In this document: positions 50,301 to 64,000 of the stretch, piece after piece | How positions within the stretch are numbered: position 1 is the first letter of the stretch | Layout: each line of letters starts with the position of its first letter | DNA from: the human T2T-CHM13v2.0 reference genome, Homo sapiens | Reading direction: 5' to 3' (one strand) | Assembly: GCF_009914755.1 (NCBI RefSeq) | Contig: NC_060927.1 | DNA length: 64,000 nucleotides | Notes under the pieces: generated by a model | Told to the model about the DNA's origin: nothing | The model's input: only the letters and a program-made list of their open reading frames with translations | The model's database searches: none | Translations under genes and position numbers: made by a program

Positions 50301-53019
50301 TAACAGACTTGTATACTCTTTCAAACCTAGGGACTTTGTTTAGGTTGAAAAATGGAATTCAACCACTCTAGGACCCATATAGGATAGGCCCCATATTGTT
50401 ATCATGTCTACTCTCACTGCTGTTAAAGTTGCAGGTGTCACACGTTGGATTCACCATAGCCGGCTGAAACCAGTGGCAGCAGTGACTCCCGATGACAACC
50501 AGTGGATTAGCCAGCAAGACCCAAATCGCCCCACCCGAATAATCCTACGGCGAAACCTAACCACCGGTAAGAAGGACAACTGCCCTGCTCTGACCACACT
50601 GGAAGCTAAGCTCTTACCCTAAGCTCTTACCCTATGAATTCTGGTTTGAGGTTCATATTAAATCGGAGAGAGAAAAAGAAAGAGAGCTTATAGCTCAAAC
50701 CAAATAATCCCCTCCCTCCTATAAAGGGCCTATTTCCTTGTACTTTGATGCCTGCCATGCCATGTATGTTCATAACCATAAAAAACCAGAAGCAATCTGC
50801 AATGGTTTGACACAAGAGAGGCTTAGCAGCAACAGTCCTAAACATCTGTACGGAGAACCACAAATCGGATGCCCGGACTGTAACATTCAGTGGTCTACGC
50901 TAACACAGCTCCAACATTTATATTCAGGAAGGACTGCTCTACTAAGTAGTATGTCAACCAAACCAGATTGTAAGACAAGGACATGCAATCCTTTAGATAT
51001 TACTATCTTAAAGCCAGAGCTACCTTTTTGGTCTATAGGACAGACAGCACTATTATGAGTTGATAGACAAGGAGCAGGCCTTGGAGTTCCACTACTAATT
51101 GTCAAAAAGACTAGAAGGACTCAAATGCATCCAACCCTGCAATTCCGGGTCCATAAGTCATTCTATGAGCATTTTAATCAGCCAGTGCCCGAGCTTCCTC
51201 CATCAACCAAAAACTTATTTGCTCAGCTAGCTGAAAACATAGCTGGCAGCTTAGGAATTTCCTCATGCTATGTACATGGAGGAACTAATATGGGGAACCA
51301 GTGGCTGTGGGAGGCAAAGGAATTAATGCCACAAGATAACTTCACTTCGCCTAACCTTGCCGGTAAACCAAAAGCCTCAGCCAGCGTTTGGTTGTTAAAA
51401 GCCTCCATAATTGGAAAGTACTATATCGCCTGATGGGGAAAGGCTTTCACAGAGGCAGTAGGAGAAACAACCTGCCTAGGGCAACAGTATTATGATGAGA
51501 CTAAAAACAAAACTCTATGGAGAAACGCCCAGAACGACTCCTACTTACCAGATCCAAACCCTTTCTCTTGATTCTCTACTCTAAGCCACTCTTGGCATCA
51601 GCTAGAGGCTCCAACTGCTTGGAAGGAACCCTCTGGCCTATATTGGATCTGTGGAACACGGGCATATCGGCAACTGCTGGCTAAATGGACAGGAGCATGT
51701 GTGTTAAAAACAATCGAGCCATCCTTCTTTCTAATTCCTCGAAGGCAAGAGGAACTCTTAAGATATCCAGTTTATGATAAAAATAAAACTAGAAGAAGCA
51801 TAATCACAAAAATAGACACAAATATCAAAAAGAATATGGACATAGGAAACTGGAAAAATAATGAATGGCCTCCTGAAAGAATCATTAAATACTATGGGCC
51901 AGCTACCTGGGTGCAAGACAGGTCATGGGGGTACCGTACCCCCATCTATATGCTCAACCACATCATAAGGTTGCAGGCAGTCCTTGAAATCATAACCAAT
52001 GAAACATCAAAGGCACTAGATTTATTGGCAATCCAAGCAACACAAATGAGGAATGTTATATATCAAAATAGGCTGGCTTTAGATTACCTCTTAGCCTCGG
52101 AAGGAGGAGTATGTGGAAAATTTAATTTAACCAACTGTTGCCTAGAAATCGATGATAATGGCCGAGCTGTCATGGAAATCACAGCTAGAATGTTCAAGTT
52201 AGCCCATGTTCCAGTTCAGACTTGGTCCAGGTGGTCCCCAGACTCCTTGTATGAAGGATGGTTCTCAGCCTTTGGAGGATTCAAAACCCTCATTAGTGGG
52301 TTCTTGCTTATTCTTGTCATCTCCTTCATCCTCCCTTGCCTTTTACCCCTGTTTATTAGTAGTATTCAGTCAACTATGGAGGCAATAGTAGCCTGACACA
52401 CTACCGTGCAGTTGATGACATTAACCAGATATCAGCCACTGCTGTTTAGAAGAAGCAGCTCAGCTCCAAGAGGAGGTGGCAAATAATGGTGCTTTCTATT
52501 AACACCTCTGTTATAAAAAGCACCAAAGAGGGGAACAGAACAGGAATTAAGAGAAATTAAAGAATGTGTAAGCAGAAACTCAGTTGTATGTAAGAAAACC
52601 CAATTCCCCCTAAGAAAGAGAAAGAGCTGGAGTCCTTAAAACCCGCCTGTTTTTCTGTGGCTAGTAAGCCTTATCTCTCCTCCCTTACCAGGCATTGTGA
52701 AGACCCTGTTTCCCTGGCTGTGCAGCTGCAAGGTCACTAGACAGATAAACTCAAGTCACAAAACATGTTTTTCCTTGAAAAGTAAGAAATGATGTAATGC
52801 ATGTCTCAATTGAATAACTGTCTTTGTTTCTTACTTCTGTAGTATGCTTCCCCCTGCACAGATCTCCCCTCACCCACGAAATGCTTAAAAGGTAACTTAA
52901 CTCTTTGTTCGGGGCTTAGTCCTTTGGATGTTAATCCAACTGGGCTGGTGCACATAAATAATTAAGAAATATCCTCTTGAACCCCATCAGTCTCTCTGAT
53001 TCCTTAAAATCCCACTATA
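47315..53019 (+). mobile_element. Deleted class I provirus related to ERV3/HERV3: truncated 5' LTR 47315-47471, 3' LTR ~52537-53019
   Basis: Two homologous LTR segments; PBS TGGGAGCTCGCCC resembling the tRNA-Pro complement; Gag zinc knuckle CAWCKRKGHWKDKC at 48064-48105; RNase H YFTDGSS ~48900; integrase remnants; PPT AAAGAGGGGAA at 52525-52535. Confidence 0.9.
50630..52490 (+). pseudogene. ERV3-like env pseudogene; open segment 51572-52396 spans the SU end, furin site and TM subunit
   Basis: [16 protein letters not shown], immunosuppressive domain [27 protein letters not shown], hydrophobic anchor; in-frame stops at 50705, 51056, 51431, 51569 and 52394. Confidence 0.9.
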
Positions 53020-53103
53020 ATAGAGTGCAAGGGAACACTCTGGATGATGGAAATTCTCTATCTTATTGGATGTGGGTGACCTGTGTGTGTGTGTATATAT
53101 ATA

Positions 53104-53529
<426 letters not shown>

Positions 53530-54161
53530 TAAAAGTCTACATGTTTTATGGTATGTAAATTGTACATCAATGAAAAATAAATAGTATTTCAAACAAACAA
53601 ACAAATAGGATTAAGCATCTTTGAGGACAAGAATTAGGGAATAGAAGCAAAGTGTTGAGCAAAGCTGAGATTGTAAGTCCTCTGGGTTTTGGCACTTGAA
53701 GCAAGCAGCAGCTGCCAGGAGCTCAGATCCTGTAGGGTAACTCTGCTCCATCTAATATGGGGAGGGGGGCTGCAGTCAGAGGCTAGGGCAAGGCAGAGCT
53801 ACTCCTCATCTGCAAAGAGACAAACTGCTGGTTGGCAGCTGTAGGCCTTGTTAGGCTGGAGGATAAACACAAACTCATGACTAAGATTTGAAGCAACCCC
53901 TAAGCTCCCTGCTCAACAACTAGAACTGTGGTATGCGCAAACCATTACAGGATGTGAGATTCAAACCACTAACAGAAGACCTGATTTTGGATTGCAACTC
54001 TAGGCTGCTAACTGGAAGGAGTCTTAGACTGGGTTCCTGAGAAGCAGAACCTGAGGCAGGGATTCTAGTGCCAGTGATTTATTGGAGATGCTTCCTGGAG
54101 AGGGGGAGGGAGGGAAAGAAATAGGACCAGGAAGGGGAAGAAGCTAAATAAGAATGTGCTC

Positions 54162-54769
54162 TGTATTAGGGTTCTCCAGAGAATCAGAACTAATAGGATA
54201 TATACCTATATCCACATCAATATCTATATCATTAATCTATCTGTATCTATATCCATATCTATAGCTGTGTCTCTATTATCTATCTATATCCATAAATTTA
54301 TAAATATCATAAAAAATTTGCTTACATGATTATGGAATCTGAAATGTCCCAAGGTCTGCAGTTGCCAAGCTGGAGATCCAGGAGAGCTGAGGATGTGGTT
54401 CCAGCCTCAGTCCAAAGGCCTAAGGACCAGTAGAGCCTATGGTGTAAGTCCAAAAGCTGGCCATCTTGAGACCCTAAAAGAGTTGATGTTTCCATTAAGA
54501 GTCTGAAGGCAGGAAAAGACTGATGTCCCAGCTCAAGTCAGTCAGGAAGGAGGAGTCCCCTCTTACTTACGAAAGGGTCTATTCAGACTCTCAATTAATT
54601 GGATGAGACCCACCCACATTAGGGTGGGTGATCTGCTTCACTCAATTTACCAATTCAAATGTTAGTGCCATCCAGATACACACACACAGATACACCCAGA
54701 ATGCTGTATGACCAAATGTCTGCGCACCCTGTAACCTAGTCAAGTTGGCACATAAAATTAACCATCACG
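54162..54769 (-). mobile_element. MLT2 (ERVL) solo LTR, nested in an older ERVL-type LTR (~54020-55290) that also holds Alu 54872-55173
   Basis: TGTATTAGGGTTCTCCAGAGAA... and ...CAAGTTGGCACATAAAATTAACCATCAC termini with an internal TATC-rich tract. Confidence 0.82.
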
Positions 54770-54853
54770 AGTTCCCTGCTGGAGTCTAGCCCTAGCTTGA
54801 TCTCATGGAGGTTTTGGAGCATGAATTATGTGACAGAATGAATCCCACTTTGA

Positions 54854-54970
<117 letters not shown>

Positions 54971-56995
54971 TGATCCTCCCACCTCAGCCTCCTGAGTAGC
55001 TGAGACTACAGGCATACACTACCATGCCCATATAATTTTTAAATTTTAATTTGCAGAGATGGGGTCTCACTATGTTGCCCAGGCTGGTTTCAAAGTCCTG
55101 GGCTCAAATGATCCTCCCACCTTGACCTCCCAAAGTGCTGGGATTACAGGGGCATGAGGTACTGCCCCTGGCTGGGTCTGGCCTTTTTTATCCATATGTC
55201 AATGAGGCATCTTCCCATTAAACAAATAGTTCTCTGGGGAAAGGGAGCAATCAACCCTCACAGCAGTTAGGGGAGTTGTGCACAAGCAGATATAGGTTTT
55301 TTTGGTAGGACATCAACAATACCCAGTACAGGGGCAACTTCAAAATTTCTATACAAAGATGGATTAGTAGAAAAGGAGAGAAAGAGGGAAATAGAGAGAG
55401 ACTGCGAGAGAAAGAGCAACAAATATTTACAAACAAATAGAAAATCTCTCATTTAAAATGAGTGTGCACACCACAGTTCCATAGCCCAAGGAAGAAATAT
55501 AGTTCTAAAACAGTGAACGAGATCAACAATCCAAACAGCAGCTCACCTGAGATGAAATCACTGTAATAGGATAGTGTGGAAAGTACTTTTAAATAAATAT
55601 GCTGATCTATCTGGAGGAGAATAAAGTAACACCCACTAAGAAAGAACAAAAGACTGTAAAACATTTGCTGACACCAGGGAGGTGGCTCCTGCCCAATAGT
55701 GTTAGGAGAGAGAAACATGGGTGTCAACAGTAAACTTCCTTCTAGAACTGAACTTCATTTTTATTTTCAGACCTCATTTCCCCCAGAAGGCAGGGGCTTA
55801 ATCTCAGTCAATTCAGCATTTCACCCATCTCCCCTTTCCTCAGTAATATCTGGTGTTGCAATTTTGCGAGTGTGACTCTGGTCTTTGTGATTTGCTGATG
55901 TCAGCTCCTCCCTGTAACTGCATCCTGTCTGGGCCTCAACCATCCAACCATGAAGTCACCTGCTAAGCTGATCCATTCCCACATACTGGGCCATGTCTCA
56001 CTCAGATCCCTTGGCACTCCTTTTCGGACATGGGAAATGCTCCATTTTCTCTTGCTCTTCTCTGTAGCCTCAGAAGACTTACTGGAGCTATCGAGGGCCT
56101 TTTCTGCTTCCTGCTGCTCAAGCTGGTGTGGGAAACCATCCTACTCTTTCCCCTCCATGGCTGGTTCATGAGAACTCTTGCAGGCTGCCTTGGTCCACAT
56201 GCAGACACAACCCACACTGTGTTGCGTCTGCCCTTGCACTGTGATGGGGAACTCAGGGATCTTGCTTCCTCCCCAAGCTTGACATTGGAAACGTGGCCCC
56301 GAAGCCTTATTTTCTCACATCCCAAAACCTGGGTGGGGATTTTATTGTGCTTCCTTATCCCAAGGGCTTGGCCATGGGAGGCAGCAGTGCCGGGACTCTT
56401 CTCCGGGAAGCTCCCAACTCTTCTGCTTCCTTTCTGACTCCTCTCTCCCTCCCCCTTAGCCCGTGGAAGCTTCATGTTTCTTAGGGCCCCTTCCTCAGAA
56501 GCTGGATGTGGAGAAGAAAGGCAAGGATGTGTCATTTCAGGAATATAGATGGGACAGGTTTAATTTTAAAATTATTAGAAATTCAGAGGTGGGGGTGGAC
56601 AAAGAAGAGAAGAGTGAAGACAAAAGGATGATCAAGAAAATGGATGGTGGTAGAATATCTTTTACACACTGGGATATTTAATAGTCAATATATTGAGCTT
56701 GTGCTGTGACACTGTAGACCGCACCTCCTCCTCCATCTCTTTAATGCTTCTGTAAAGTTTTTACACATTAAAGAGGCCTGATGTGGATAAGTTTTTTGTG
56801 AAATTCAAGGGACTCTGTTTCACATTTGAGTCAAGATACTGCTAAAGAATGTGTAGGATGGTGAGATCGTTCATGAACTGAATGGATTCAGTGGAGGCAG
56901 AGGCAGAATGTCTAGACTGAGGAAACCATGAGAAAGTGAGCCTTCCAGGGGTTCACAGAAATTGTGGAAGGTTTTAAAGACAAACCTCATCTAGA

Positions 56996-63775
<6,780 letters not shown>

Positions 63776-64000
63776 GACGTTGAATATTATTTGAGAGGAT
63801 TTCCCAAGTTTAGGATAAATATACCCTTATTCCAAGATAATTTTGAGTTTGCTTCTGTCAGATATGTAGCTGCAATATTAGTTCTGTATAATGCTCTAAT
63901 TAATCACCTTAAGTTTATTGGACTAATCTTGTGACACAAATTTAGAACATAAATCCACACTAGGGCTAGCCTCTGCTTACAACCTATCAGGGATGGGTTG

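Noticed and set aside
55950-56681. Overlapping 135-177 aa ORFs in unique-looking DNA
   Set aside because: No recognisable protein motifs or coherent exon structure.

Overview
Human (great-ape-type) genomic DNA containing the chemokine receptor gene CCR4 on the + strand: non-coding exon 1 ending at 31484, intron 31485-33165, and the intact 360-codon CDS at 33217-34299. The rest is mostly transposable-element sequence: about 55 Alus, L1 fragments, two full THE1 (MaLR) elements, a solo LTR12/ERV9 LTR, a deleted ERV3-related provirus, and MER2, MER44, MER20, Charlie and MADE1 DNA transposons. There is also a ~3.1 kb almost pure A/T tandem array. No rRNA, tRNA or CRISPR is evident, and nearly all other ORFs in the track are repeat artefacts. 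I found no convincing new biological system. The best leads are: (1) a tail-to-tail inverted Alu pair in the CCR4 3' region, with poly(A) signals on both sides; (2) a duplication plus inverted templated insertion later split by the LTR12; (3) an ERV3-like env with no frameshift over ~590 codons, broken only by point stops; (4) a candidate minus-strand terminal exon convergent on CCR4; (5) divergent CTCF motifs bracketing the LTR12 and the AT array; (6) a five-layer nested transposon stack. Repeat family names come from remembered consensus sequences, and Alu/L1 edges are approximate.
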